A stretch of DNA of 64,000 bases, taken from NCBI GenBank assembly GCA_016176335.1, contig JACOXI010000006.1, forward strand, positions 12,788 through 76,787, read 5' to 3'. Both the position numbers and the translations under genes were made by a program. Origin of the DNA: Candidatus Daviesbacteria bacterium. Its GTDB lineage: Bacteria > Patescibacteriota > Microgenomatia > Daviesbacterales > UBA10151. Shown piece after piece: positions 20,833 through 31,459 of the stretch (position 1 is the first letter of the stretch; every line of letters begins with the position of its first letter). The notes below the pieces were generated by a model. The model saw only the letters and a list, made by a program, of their open reading frames with translations, made no database searches and was not told where the DNA came from.

Positions 20833-21963
20833 ATGATTGCAATACAAGATAGATTCCCTCATTTTAAAAGGCCGGTAACTTTCCTGAAATATTATCTTTC
20901 CAAACAGTATGTTAAACTTTATCCCCAGGATATGTTTGTTGCTGTTTGCGGGTCTTTAGGCAAAACAACAACTGTTAGACTTTCTCAAGCTGTTCTTTCT
21001 CAAAAATACAAAACAATAACAACTGAAGCAAATAAAGATTCAGTAACCAACATCCCTCAAACATTGCTCAAGTTAAATCCATCTTTTCAAAAAGCAGTTT
21101 TGGAAATGGGAGCAGATTCAGCTGGAGAGGCAGATTTCTACCATTCATTAGTGAAACCTAAAGTTGTTATTTTGACCAGAATCATTTCCGAACAAGCGGA
21201 AATAAGCAAACTTTTATCTTTTCTTCCAAATGATGGCATAGTAATTCTTAATTGGGATGATATAAATAGTAAGAAACTGGCTCAACAAGTCCCCTCTCAA
21301 GTGGTTTATTATGGTACGGATCCTCAAAATTGTACTGTATGGGCAGCAAACGTCAGAATTGAAAATTTCAGAACCAATTTCGAGTTAAACCTGGGAGTAG
21401 AAAGAGTTAAAGTTGAGCTTCCAGCCCTTGGGTTGCACCAAATTTATCCGGCGCTGGCAGCAGCTGGTTTGGGGGTCATTCATGGAATTCCTCTCACCAA
21501 GATAAAAATTGCATTAGAATCTGTTGAGCCGGAAGATCACAAGTTCCAATTACTTTTAGGACCAAATGGTTCTTATATTTTGGATGATACCTTCAGCGCA
21601 ACTCCAATTGAAGTAGAATCTGCCATTGATACTCTAGTACAAATACCGGCCAGAAGAAGGATGTTGGTACTGGGAGAAATGATTGATCCCAACTATTCTG
21701 CTGATGAATACAGAAAAATTGCGGAAAAGATTTACAAAGAGAAGTTGGATTTTATTTTCTTAGGACAAGGTTCTATTAAGGTCATCGCGGAAGAATTAAC
21801 AAGTCTTGGTTTTTGGGAAGAAAGAGTTGAATCAAATATGCTAAATTCCCAACTTGTTTCCAAACTGCTTAAAATTTTGGGTAAAGGAGACGTTTGTCTG
21901 ATAAAATGTTCCCGTTCAGTTAGATTGGATGAAGTAGTAAAAAGGATTGCTAGAAAGAATTAA
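20833..21963 (+). CDS. murF: MurF-like Mur ligase lacking the N-terminal domain
   Basis: CGSLGKTTT, VLEMG, LNWDD, ILDDTFSA, VLGEM, KCSRS. Confidence 0.75.
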   Translation: MIAIQDRFPHFKRPVTFLKYYLSKQYVKLYPQDMFVAVCGSLGKTTTVRLSQAVLSQKYKTITTEANKDSVTNIPQTLLKLNPSFQKAVLEMGADSAGEADFYHSLVKPKVVILTRIISEQAEISKLLSFLPNDGIVILNWDDINSKKLAQQVPSQVVYYGTDPQNCTVWAANVRIENFRTNFELNLGVERVKVELPALGLHQIYPALAAAGLGVIHGIPLTKIKIALESVEPEDHKFQLLLGPNGSYILDDTFSATPIEVESAIDTLVQIPARRRMLVLGEMIDPNYSADEYRKIAEKIYKEKLDFIFLGQGSIKVIAEELTSLGFWEERVESNMLNSQLVSKLLKILGKGDVCLIKCSRSVRLDEVVKRIARKN

Positions 21964-21968
21964 AATTT

Positions 21969-22976
21969 ATGACTCAACTTTTGGGTTTAGTCCTATTATC
22001 TTTTGTCACTACCAGTATATGCATGGTTCCTGTTATTGATCTTTTGTACTTTCTAAAAAGAAAATTTGAAAGAGCGATTCAGACTGATAAAAATAGTGAA
22101 ACTCCCATCCACGATAGATTAATGAAACAAGACGAGACCACCCCGTCCGGCGGTGGAATACTGCTGATACTAGTATTAGTTGTTTTGAGTATTGGTTACG
22201 CATTTATAAGTACTTCGGTAGATAAAATCAGCTTGACGATTCTTCTTTTTACCCTACTCTCCTTCGGAACATTAGGTTTAGTAGATGATATTAAGTTAAT
22301 GGTTACAAGAAGAAGGGGTAAATTTTTAGGTTTGGATAGAAAGAAAATGCTAATTGTTCAAGGGTTACTAGCCTTGATTATAGGTTCATTTCTGTACTTT
22401 ATTGCAGGTATCAATAACCTGTATATTACAGGTTTGGGGAATTTCATTATCGGGGCATGGTATATTCCCCTTGCGGCATTTGTGATTGTTTCGTTTGCCA
22501 ACGCTTATAATATCTCGGATGGATTAGACGGTTTATCAGCAGGATTATTACTTATTTGTTTATTTGCATTTTTGGCTTTGGCTTCTGTTGCGCTGGATCT
22601 GACACTAGCCTCCTTTATCGGAATTTGGATAGGTGCTCTTTTTGCATATCTTTATTTTAATGTTTGGCCGGCAAGGATTTTTTTGGGAGATGCGGCAAGT
22701 TTCGCCTTTGGAGCGACATTGGCAGTGGTTGGCCTCTTAACAGGGAAAATCTTGGCATTGGCAATAATCGGGGGAATGTTTGTGGTAATTGTTGCATCGT
22801 CATTAATGCAAATAATTTCCAAAAAAATATTCGGGAGAAAGATTTTATCAATATCTCCCCTTCATATGTATTTTAGATACCTTGGTTGGGAGGAAGCTAA
22901 AATTGTGACCAGATTTTGGTTAATACAGGGACTGTTTGCTATTTTTGGTCTGTGGATAGCCTTACTTTCCAAATGA
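21969..22976 (+). CDS. mraY: Phospho-N-acetylmuramoyl-pentapeptide transferase
   Basis: TPSGGG, GLVDD, NAYNISDGLDGL, FNVWPARIFLGD, SPLH. Confidence 0.93.
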   Translation: MTQLLGLVLLSFVTTSICMVPVIDLLYFLKRKFERAIQTDKNSETPIHDRLMKQDETTPSGGGILLILVLVVLSIGYAFISTSVDKISLTILLFTLLSFGTLGLVDDIKLMVTRRRGKFLGLDRKKMLIVQGLLALIIGSFLYFIAGINNLYITGLGNFIIGAWYIPLAAFVIVSFANAYNISDGLDGLSAGLLLICLFAFLALASVALDLTLASFIGIWIGALFAYLYFNVWPARIFLGDAASFAFGATLAVVGLLTGKILALAIIGGMFVVIVASSLMQIISKKIFGRKILSISPLHMYFRYLGWEEAKIVTRFWLIQGLFAIFGLWIALLSK

Positions 22977-24073
22977 AGAATCAATCAAAAGCGACACTGT
23001 ACTCACAAAAACAACAACTGGACTTAACTCTTCTTTCTACGATTGGAGTTTTGGTAGTTTTTGGCCTGGTGATGGTTTATGATGCATCTTCAATTCAAGG
23101 GTTAAATGATTTCAAAGATAGCTATTATTACATCAGGCAACAGATAATCTGGGTGTTTTTGGGATTTCTTTCTCTGCTTTTTTTTTCCAGATTTAATTAT
23201 TTAAATTTTAAAAAATTGGCTTTGCCGCTCCTCTTGGTATCCCTGCTGCTTCTTGTTGCAGTTTTTATACCGTCTTTGGGGGTTTCCGGCGGCGGAGCTC
23301 ACAGATGGTTAAAGATTGGGCCAGGTACAGTTCAGCCCGCTGAAATCATAAAGCTTACCGGGGTGATATTCCTTGCTTTTGTCTTTGAAAAGAGAATCAG
23401 AATACTCCCTCTGTTAGTGTTAATCGGAATTGTTACATTAATTACTGCAGTTTTACAAAAAGATTTAGGTTCAACAATTGTGTTTGTTGCCACCTCTTTA
23501 ATTATATATTTTGGTGCAGGTGCTCCGGTCCTGCATTTTTTTTTGATACTCCCTGTTGGAGTTTTGGCTTTTGTGACGCTGGTTCTAACATCAAGCTATA
23601 GAAGCAAAAGAATACTCTCTTTTTTGGATCCATTTTCCGATCCCCAAGGTTTTTCCTATCATATTTCTCAAGTTCTAATTGCTTTAGGTTCGGGAGGCTT
23701 GTTTGGATTGGGTTTAGGTCACTCACGACAAAAATTTGAATACATTCCCGAAGTTACAACAGACTCAATCTTCGGAATTATTGGGGAAGAACTTGGTTTT
23801 TTAGGATCCGCCTTTTTAATTGCTTTATTTATAATCATTATTTTAAGAGGTATTAAAATTTCCCAAAACTGCCCTAATAGGTTTGGACAAATTTTGGCGC
23901 TCGGGTTGACATCGTGGTTGGGCATACAGGCTGCTATCAATCTTTCTTCAATGGTTGCCCTACTGCCTCTAACCGGAGTTCCGCTACCCTTCATCTCCTA
24001 CGGCGGTTCTGCTGTGCTTTTGAACCTCACAGCTGTTGGGATACTTCTAAATATATCTTCAAACCTAGGGTAG
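22973..24073 (+). CDS. ftsW: SEDS peptidoglycan polymerase FtsW
   Basis: GAHRW, QPAE, QKDLG, TDSIF, TGVPLPFISYGGS; start at ATG 22973. Confidence 0.93.
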   Translation: MKNQSKATLYSQKQQLDLTLLSTIGVLVVFGLVMVYDASSIQGLNDFKDSYYYIRQQIIWVFLGFLSLLFFSRFNYLNFKKLALPLLLVSLLLLVAVFIPSLGVSGGGAHRWLKIGPGTVQPAEIIKLTGVIFLAFVFEKRIRILPLLVLIGIVTLITAVLQKDLGSTIVFVATSLIIYFGAGAPVLHFFLILPVGVLAFVTLVLTSSYRSKRILSFLDPFSDPQGFSYHISQVLIALGSGGLFGLGLGHSRQKFEYIPEVTTDSIFGIIGEELGFLGSAFLIALFIIIILRGIKISQNCPNRFGQILALGLTSWLGIQAAINLSSMVALLPLTGVPLPFISYGGSAVLLNLTAVGILLNISSNLG

Positions 24074-24103
24074 GATTAAGATTAGCCGTGTTAAAATGTA
24101 GAA

Positions 24104-25234
24104 ATGAATAATGATGTAAAAATTTTGGTAACAGGAGCTCATTTAACGCCGGCAGTTGCGGTATGCGAGGAACTGAAAAAGGAGAAAGAGATAGAGATTG
24201 TCTATGTGGGGAGAAATTCCACCATGGAAGGACAAAATGTGCAGTCTTTTGAATCGGGAGTTTTTCCTGCTCTCAATATCAAATTTATTCCTTTAATTGC
24301 CGGTAAATTACAAAGATATATTTCCGTTTATTCAATAGTTTCTTTATTAAAAATTCCCGTTGGGTTTGTGCAGGCGTTCTTTATATTATTGAAGGAGAAA
24401 CCGGATGTAATTTTGTCTTTTGGGGGATATGTAGGATTACCTATTGTTGTTTGTGGTTGGCTTTTATCTATTCCAATTATTATTCATGAGCAAGGCCTTC
24501 AAATGGGGCTTGCAAACAAGATCAGCTCCCATTTTGCGGACAAAATTGCCGTCTCATTTAAAGAGACTAAAACTTTGCCGGACAAGATCACAACGGTCAC
24601 AGGTAATCCTTTAAGAAAAGAAATTCTAACCTTGGGGAAAATGGATAAAGACTACAGCAGGTTCTTCTTAAATGCCAAAAAAGATAAAACTCCGGTGATT
24701 TTCATAACAGGAGGCATTCAGGGATCACACATAATTAACCAATGCATTGAGAATACTTTGGTAAGTCTCTTAAAAAAATTTTATGTAATTCATCAAACAG
24801 GTGAATCCGTTTTTGGAGATTTTGAAAGATTGTCTAAATTACAAAATAAACGATATCTGGTGAAAAATTGGATTGGAGAAGAAGTAGGTAATGTCATGAA
24901 GTTTTCTGATGTGTTAGTTTGCAGGGCAGGGATCAATACGCTTTCTGAAGTTACTTTCTTGGAAAAAAGTGCTCTGGTTATACCAATCCCCTATCAAAAA
25001 GAGCAACTTAACAATGCAAGATTTTTTGAACAGTTAGGAACTATTCTGCTGATTCCTCAAACAAAGTTATCTCCCAAAATCCTCATTGATAGTCTGGAAA
25101 AAATTTTAAAAGAAAAAATAATTTTTGAAAAAAATGGAAAACAGGCAAAAGAAATTTTTATTAAAGATGCCCCCAAAAGATTAGCATTGGAAACTATACT
25201 TTTGTCAAAAGCTTTCAAAGTTTTTAGTAATTAA
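24104..25234 (+). CDS. murG: MurG glycosyltransferase
   Basis: GAHLTP, SFGGYV, HEQ, TGNPLR, GGIQG, CRAG. Confidence 0.93.
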   Translation: MNNDVKILVTGAHLTPAVAVCEELKKEKEIEIVYVGRNSTMEGQNVQSFESGVFPALNIKFIPLIAGKLQRYISVYSIVSLLKIPVGFVQAFFILLKEKPDVILSFGGYVGLPIVVCGWLLSIPIIIHEQGLQMGLANKISSHFADKIAVSFKETKTLPDKITTVTGNPLRKEILTLGKMDKDYSRFFLNAKKDKTPVIFITGGIQGSHIINQCIENTLVSLLKKFYVIHQTGESVFGDFERLSKLQNKRYLVKNWIGEEVGNVMKFSDVLVCRAGINTLSEVTFLEKSALVIPIPYQKEQLNNARFFEQLGTILLIPQTKLSPKILIDSLEKILKEKIIFEKNGKQAKEIFIKDAPKRLALETILLSKAFKVFSN

Positions 25235-25247
25235 TTTTTAAGACATT

Positions 25248-26045
25248 ATGTTTAGGAGAAAAAACAACAACTCAAAGAGAAATTTGCTAAAAAAAATTTT
25301 TATTTTCGCTTTGTTTATATTGATACTGTTAGCTATTTATTTTTTTTTCAATTCTTCTCTCTTTAAAATAAAAAATATAAGTTTAAAGACAGAGTCTTTA
25401 GATTGTCTTGGTAATAATGAGGAGATTAAAAAAGATTCCGAAATTGTTAGTCAAAACACCATTTTTTTTAACAGTAAAAATGTAGAGAAAAAATTAAAAA
25501 ATAAATTTTATTGTATAAAGACAATAATTTTTGCAAAAAAATTTCCCAATGGAATGGAACTAACAATTATAGGCAGGAAGGCAGAAGCCAAATTAATTCC
25601 GCTGCCAATTTATGAAGCAACTGCCTCGTCCAATCTGGAGAATATTGCCACACCCTCCGCTACGGATATTTTTTTGGTGGATGGGGAGGGCAAAGTCTTT
25701 TCAAAAGGGGATTTGGCTGGAGATTTACCAATAATACTGATATATAAGGGCAGTTTGAATCTGGGGGAGAATTTAGGCGTTTATATCATAAATGCGCTGA
25801 AGATTTTAAACAAAATTGGACCCTTTGGAATTGACAGCAAACTCTCCAAAATTGCTACGGGTGAGTTTTTGGTCACAGGTACTGTTCCAAAAATTATATT
25901 TAAACTAACAGAACAGATTGATATTCAACTTGCATCTTTACAATTAATCCTGGAGCAAGCTAAAATAGACCAAAGCAGGTTGGAGTTTATCGATTTAAGA
26001 TTTGATAAACCCGTTGTGAGGTTTGCCCCTAAAAAAAATGGCTAA
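25248..26045 (+). CDS. ftsQ: FtsQ/DivIB-like protein
   Basis: TM, POTRA-like segment, C-terminal IDLRF; upstream of ftsA. Confidence 0.75.
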   Translation: MFRRKNNNSKRNLLKKIFIFALFILILLAIYFFFNSSLFKIKNISLKTESLDCLGNNEEIKKDSEIVSQNTIFFNSKNVEKKLKNKFYCIKTIIFAKKFPNGMELTIIGRKAEAKLIPLPIYEATASSNLENIATPSATDIFLVDGEGKVFSKGDLAGDLPIILIYKGSLNLGENLGVYIINALKILNKIGPFGIDSKLSKIATGEFLVTGTVPKIIFKLTEQIDIQLASLQLILEQAKIDQSRLEFIDLRFDKPVVRFAPKKNG

Positions 26046-26089
26046 GGATGAACAAGTTCTCTTTAACAGTTTATATATAGAAAGGAATT

Positions 26090-27388
26090 GTGGCTAAAGA
26101 TAAAATTGTCTGCGGAATAGATGTTGGTTCATCAAAAATAGCAACTCTCATTGCTTCCATTGATGAGGGTGGAAAAATCAATTTAATAGGTGTTTCCTCT
26201 ACACCTTCAAAAGGTGTCAGAAGAAATCAGGTTGTGGATATAGTGGAAGCAGTTTCTGCTATTACCGAGTCAGTTGAGGCGGCAGAAAGAATGGCAGGAT
26301 ATTCTATTTCATCGTCCTTTGTCTCGCTTGGAGGTCCTCAAATTGAGAGTGTTAATCAACATGCAGTTGTTGCTGTTTCAGAACCGGAGGGGGAGATTAG
26401 AGAAAGTGACATTCACAGAGTCAACGAGGCAGCCAGAGCCATCCCTCTGCCATCCTCAAGAGAAATATTACACGTTATTCCAAGAACTTTTACCGTTGAC
26501 GGACAAGAGGGTATCAAAGACCCGATTGGCATGACCGGTGTGAGACTGGAAACCGAAACTCACATTATTACAGGTTCTTCAACCTCAATGAGAAATCTTG
26601 TCAAGTGTGTGTCAGAGGTGGGGATAGAGGTGACGGAATTGGTTTTTTCCGGTATTGCCGCATCAATTGCTATTTTGACGGATACCGAGAAAGAATTGGG
26701 GGTAGTGTTGGTTGATATTGGCGGTGAAACAACAGATGTAGTTGTCTTTATAGACGGGTCGGTTGCATATTCCGCGGTGATTCCAATTGGAGCACGTCAT
26801 ATCACATCAGATATGGCTGTTGGACTGCGAATATCTTTGGAATCAGCAGAAAAAATCAAAATGTCTTTGGGGCACTTGCCCAAATTGCCCGCATTATCAG
26901 ATGAAAGGGAAGAAGAGGCAAAAAGCAGTTCAACCAAGAGAAAAGAGGAAGAAATTCTGGATATTAAGGCTTTGGGGATAGTGGAAGATATACAAAAAAT
27001 ATCTAAGAAAGCGGTGGTTGACGGGATTATCAGACCCAGGCTTCAGGAAATATTCAAGTATGTGGGCAAAGAGATCAAAAAAAGCGGATTTGGGACACAA
27101 GTACCATCAGGTTTGGTGATTTGTGGAGGAGGAGCTTTGACTGTGGGAGCAATGGATCAGGCAAAATATGTTTTGGGTTTTCCCGCAAGAATAGGACAGA
27201 TTGACGGATTATCGGGTATGATTGAAGAAATTGATTCCCCAACATTTGCATCATCTGCCGGTCTAATTATGTATGGCGCAACTCAAAGTTCGGGTTCGGA
27301 AATACGATTGCCGGTATTTTCAGGTAATCTGCCTTTTAGGGGAATGATTCAAAAGGCAGTAGCATTGGTAAAATCATTTCTGCCGTAG
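26090..27388 (+). CDS. ftsA: Cell division protein FtsA
   Basis: GIDVGSSKI, AERMAG, DIGGETT, CGGGA, C-terminal amphipathic helix; GTG start. Confidence 0.97.
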   Translation: MAKDKIVCGIDVGSSKIATLIASIDEGGKINLIGVSSTPSKGVRRNQVVDIVEAVSAITESVEAAERMAGYSISSSFVSLGGPQIESVNQHAVVAVSEPEGEIRESDIHRVNEAARAIPLPSSREILHVIPRTFTVDGQEGIKDPIGMTGVRLETETHIITGSSTSMRNLVKCVSEVGIEVTELVFSGIAASIAILTDTEKELGVVLVDIGGETTDVVVFIDGSVAYSAVIPIGARHITSDMAVGLRISLESAEKIKMSLGHLPKLPALSDEREEEAKSSSTKRKEEEILDIKALGIVEDIQKISKKAVVDGIIRPRLQEIFKYVGKEIKKSGFGTQVPSGLVICGGGALTVGAMDQAKYVLGFPARIGQIDGLSGMIEEIDSPTFASSAGLIMYGATQSSGSEIRLPVFSGNLPFRGMIQKAVALVKSFLP

Positions 27389-27437
27389 CCTTTTTAAGGG
27401 CTTGATATTAATAATAGGAATTGTTATATTCTGCAAT

Positions 27438-28586
27438 ATGTTAATTAAACCTGATCTACAAAGATTTGCCAAGACTAAAGTTGTCGGATTGGGTGGCGGT
27501 GGATCCAACTCCATTAACTCCATGATTGCACTTCAGCAAATTCAGGGGGTGGAATTTGTAGCTGTCAATACCGATGCTCAAGCTTTAATGAGCAATCAAT
27601 CTCCAACAAAAGTTCAAATTGGTGAAACACTAACCCGTGGTTTGGGTTCAGGAGGGGATCCGGAAATAGGCAGACAGGCCGCAGAAGAATCCATTCAGAA
27701 ACTGCAGGATGTGCTGCAGGATGCGGATATGGTTTTTTTGACAGCCGGTATGGGCGGAGGTACGGGTACAGGTTCTATCCCTCTTGTTGCACAGACTGCC
27801 AAAAGTCTAGGCGCTTTAACAGTGGCTGTTGTTACAAAACCATTTGCTTTTGAAGGCACAAGAAGAATGGTTGTTGCCGAAGAAGGGATTGAAAAACTTA
27901 AAGATAAAGTTGACGCTTTGATTATTATCCCGAACCAAAGATTGCTTGAGACAGTTGATAAAAATATCACTTTGCAGGATGCGTTTAGATTGGCAGACTC
28001 TGTTTTAGGTCAGGGAGTACAGGGGATTTCAGATTTAATCACCATGCCCGGCCTAATTAATGTAGATTTTGCAGATGTTAAAGCAGTGATGTCTTCTGCC
28101 GGATCTGCTTTGATGGGTATTGGAGTTGCCGGTGGTGAAAACAGAGCCGCAGCTGCTGCAAGAATGGCAATTGCATCTCCATTACTCGAAGTTTCAATTG
28201 AGGGGGCAAAGGGAGTGTTGTTTAATATTGTCGGAGGGCCTGATCTGTCTATGGCGGAAGTGAATGAGGCGGCACAAATTATTGCTCAAGCAGCAGATCC
28301 GGATGCCAACATTATCTTTGGCGCAACAATTAAGGAAGATCAGTTGGATCAGGTAAAACTTTCGGTTATTGCCACCGGCTTTGACGAGACAAGGAGGAAG
28401 TTACGAGATTATATAGGTACGGGGATTGGCTCTGCTCCTTTACAAAATGCAGCTACGCCATGGCAGAAAGAGGAAGAAGTAGAGGAAGCCCCAACTCCTC
28501 AAACAGTTTCTGAAACCGAAGAAGAAGTGGTCAGAGACGAGGAAGATAATTTGGAAATTCCTGCGTTTTTGCGTTCTAACCGCTAG
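27438..28586 (+). CDS. ftsZ: Cell division protein FtsZ
   Basis: GGGGSN, GMGGGTGTG, INVDFAD, LEIPAFLR; start at ATG 27438. Confidence 0.98.
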   Translation: MLIKPDLQRFAKTKVVGLGGGGSNSINSMIALQQIQGVEFVAVNTDAQALMSNQSPTKVQIGETLTRGLGSGGDPEIGRQAAEESIQKLQDVLQDADMVFLTAGMGGGTGTGSIPLVAQTAKSLGALTVAVVTKPFAFEGTRRMVVAEEGIEKLKDKVDALIIIPNQRLLETVDKNITLQDAFRLADSVLGQGVQGISDLITMPGLINVDFADVKAVMSSAGSALMGIGVAGGENRAAAAARMAIASPLLEVSIEGAKGVLFNIVGGPDLSMAEVNEAAQIIAQAADPDANIIFGATIKEDQLDQVKLSVIATGFDETRRKLRDYIGTGIGSAPLQNAATPWQKEEEVEEAPTPQTVSETEEEVVRDEEDNLEIPAFLRSNR

Positions 28587-28618
28587 TCACAACTTTCATA
28601 TTCTGCTAAAATTACCTC

Positions 28619-31459
28619 ATGAAATTTCGAGCTGTTTCTTCAAAAGTTAATTTTGCAGAGCTTGAGGAGCAAATCCTAAAGTTTTGGAAAGAAAATAATA
28701 CTTTCGAAAAATCTGTGGAGTCACGGCCGGAGAATAAAAGATGGACATTCTTAGATGGTCCTCCTTTTGTGACCGGTACACCTCACTATGGTTCTCTGCT
28801 TTCCAGTATCCCAAAGGATGTTTTCGGAAGATATTGGACTATGAAAGGGTATAGGGTGAGACGCGTTTGGGGATGGGATGGACACGGACTTCCCATTGAA
28901 AATAAAGTTGAGGTAAAACTTCATATCAAGCGGAAAAAGGACATTGAAGAAAAAATAGGAGTGAAGATTTTTATTGAAGAATGTTTAGTTTACGTAAATG
29001 AGGTTTCTTCCGAATGGGAATGGTATATAGAACATATAGGCAGGTGGGTTGATTTTAAAAATGCCTATAAAACCTGGGATTTGCCATACATGGAATCTGT
29101 GATGTGGGTTTTCAGAAAGATGTATGATAAAGACCTGATATATAAAGGTGTGAGGGTTTCTTTATATTGTCCGCATTGCGCTACCCCAATTTCCAATTTT
29201 GAAGTTGCCATGGACGCGGATAATTATAAAGATGTTACAGAGTCCACGGCAGTTTATAAATACCAGCTAAAAGATGTGCCCCAAACTTATGTTCTGGCTT
29301 GGTCAACAACTCCCTGGAATAAAATTGTTACGCCTGCGCTGGCTGTGAATCCAAAATTAACTTATGTCAAGGTAAGTCAGGGTAAAGAAAATTATATTTT
29401 GGCAAAACCCACGTTGAAAATACTCAAAGATGAACTAAAGTATAAGATTGTAAAGGAATTTAAAGGTAGTGAGTTGGTAGGGAAAGAATTTGTTCCCCAT
29501 TATTCTTTTTACAAAATAGAGCCGGGCAAGAGAGCCTTTATTATTGTTGGTGATGAGTTTGTTACTGCTTTGGAAGGCACAGGTGTTGTGACTTTGGCAG
29601 TTTATGGTGAGGAAGATTTGAAGGTTTTGCAAAGAGAAAATATCCAAATGGTGATGCACTTGGATGAAGAGGGGGTAGTTTTGGATAATGTGGCTCAATT
29701 TGCAGGGTTACATTATCTGGATGCTAATAAAAGGGTATTGGAGGATTTGCAGGAAAGAGGGTTAATTTATAGATTGGATGATTATACTCACTCCGTAGCC
29801 CACTGCTGGAGGTGTGCAACTCGTCTCTACTTCGCACCTAAAGATGCATGGTACGTTAATGTCCAAAAAATAAAACCTCAACTGTTTAAAAATAATGAGG
29901 CTATTAATTGGTTTCCAAAACACTTTAAAACAGGGCGATTTGCCAAAAGCATGGAGGCGGCCCCGGATTGGAACATCTCAAGAAACAGATACTGGGGATC
30001 TCCTGTTCCTGTTTGGGAGTGTGTATGCGGGAAGAGAACAGTGCCGGGTTCTGTTAGGGAACTTGAAGAATTATCCGGTAAAAAGATTACAAATTTACAT
30101 AAACCGGATATTGATGAGGTGGAGATCAAGTGCTCAAGTTGTGGCCAAATGGCCAAAAGAGTTGCGGAGGTGTTAGATTCCTGGATAGAAGCCGGATCAG
30201 CCTCTTTTGCAGAGAGACATTTTCCATTTGAAAAAGATTTAAAGCTGGAGGATTTTTTCCCGCCTGATTTTATTGCCGAATATACAGGTCAAATTAGGGC
30301 CTGGTTTTATGTATTACATGTGATAGGAACAGCGCTATATGATTCGCCTGCTTTTAAAAATGTGTTGGTGGAAGGAGTGATGCTCGGTACTGATGGCAGG
30401 AAAATGAGTAAAAACTACGAAAATTTCCCTGATCCCAGGGAAGTGATGGGCAAGTTCGGGGGAGATGCTTTAAGGCTTTATCTTTTAGGCTCTCCTATTA
30501 TGAAAGGTGAAGATGTAAATTTTTCTAATGATGGGGTACCGGAGACAACAAGAGGGTTTTTGCTAATTTTGTGGAACTGCTATAAATATTTTGTAGATTA
30601 TGCCAATACGTTTGGTTGGAATTGTGACTCTAAGGAAACAGCAGAGGCTAAAGAATCTTTGACGGTTTTGGATAAATGGATTTTAGGCAGATTAACGGAG
30701 TTGGTTTTAGATCTAAAGACAAGCTATGAAAGTTTTGATACTTCAACAATTGTGAAGTTACTTCGGGAATTTATAGTTAATGATTTGTCTACCTGGTATA
30801 TCAGAAGAAGCAGGGATAGAATAAGTGGTGAGAACCAACAAGATAGAAATATCGCATTAAGCGTGCTCTTGGGAGTGTTGGTTACCTATTCCAAACTGTT
30901 GGCTCCAATCGCCCCATTTATTGCGGAAGAAATCTTTAAAAATTTAACAGGGGAGGAATCCGTGCATCTTCAAGATTTTCCGGAAGGTGACAACAGTCTG
31001 CTGGATAAAAATCTTATTGAAGATATGCAGAGAGTCAGAAAAATAGTTGAGGCGGGTCATGCTAAAAGAAAGGCTGCAAGTATAAAGCTTAGACAACCGT
31101 TAGCCTCATTAACATATTCAACGATCGCAAAATTGGAAAAAGATTTAGAACAATTACTGGCTGAAGAATTAAACGTAAAGAAAGTTGAATACAAAAAGTC
31201 CTCGAGCAAAGAACCGACAGTGGAGCTGGATACAAACATTACCCAAGAGTTAAAAGAAGAAGGGATAGCCAGGGATTTAATTAGGGAGATACAGCAGTTA
31301 AGGAAGCAGCAGAATCTGACTTTGGCAGATAAAACAAAGATTACCGCTCCCAATTGGCCGAAAGATTTTGAAAAGCAAATTCTAGTCGGTACAGCTTCTG
31401 TTTCTATTACAAAAGAAGAGAAACTCACTGTTATCAAAGTAGAAAATGGTCAAGCTTAA
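28619..31459 (+). CDS. ileS: Isoleucine--tRNA ligase, type 2-like
   Basis: DGPPF, HYGS (HIGH), GWDGHGLP, WNISRNRYWG, KMSKN. Confidence 0.93.
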   Translation: MKFRAVSSKVNFAELEEQILKFWKENNTFEKSVESRPENKRWTFLDGPPFVTGTPHYGSLLSSIPKDVFGRYWTMKGYRVRRVWGWDGHGLPIENKVEVKLHIKRKKDIEEKIGVKIFIEECLVYVNEVSSEWEWYIEHIGRWVDFKNAYKTWDLPYMESVMWVFRKMYDKDLIYKGVRVSLYCPHCATPISNFEVAMDADNYKDVTESTAVYKYQLKDVPQTYVLAWSTTPWNKIVTPALAVNPKLTYVKVSQGKENYILAKPTLKILKDELKYKIVKEFKGSELVGKEFVPHYSFYKIEPGKRAFIIVGDEFVTALEGTGVVTLAVYGEEDLKVLQRENIQMVMHLDEEGVVLDNVAQFAGLHYLDANKRVLEDLQERGLIYRLDDYTHSVAHCWRCATRLYFAPKDAWYVNVQKIKPQLFKNNEAINWFPKHFKTGRFAKSMEAAPDWNISRNRYWGSPVPVWECVCGKRTVPGSVRELEELSGKKITNLHKPDIDEVEIKCSSCGQMAKRVAEVLDSWIEAGSASFAERHFPFEKDLKLEDFFPPDFIAEYTGQIRAWFYVLHVIGTALYDSPAFKNVLVEGVMLGTDGRKMSKNYENFPDPREVMGKFGGDALRLYLLGSPIMKGEDVNFSNDGVPETTRGFLLILWNCYKYFVDYANTFGWNCDSKETAEAKESLTVLDKWILGRLTELVLDLKTSYESFDTSTIVKLLREFIVNDLSTWYIRRSRDRISGENQQDRNIALSVLLGVLVTYSKLLAPIAPFIAEEIFKNLTGEESVHLQDFPEGDNSLLDKNLIEDMQRVRKIVEAGHAKRKAASIKLRQPLASLTYSTIAKLEKDLEQLLAEELNVKKVEYKKSSSKEPTVELDTNITQELKEEGIARDLIREIQQLRKQQNLTLADKTKITAPNWPKDFEKQILVGTASVSITKEEKLTVIKVENGQA

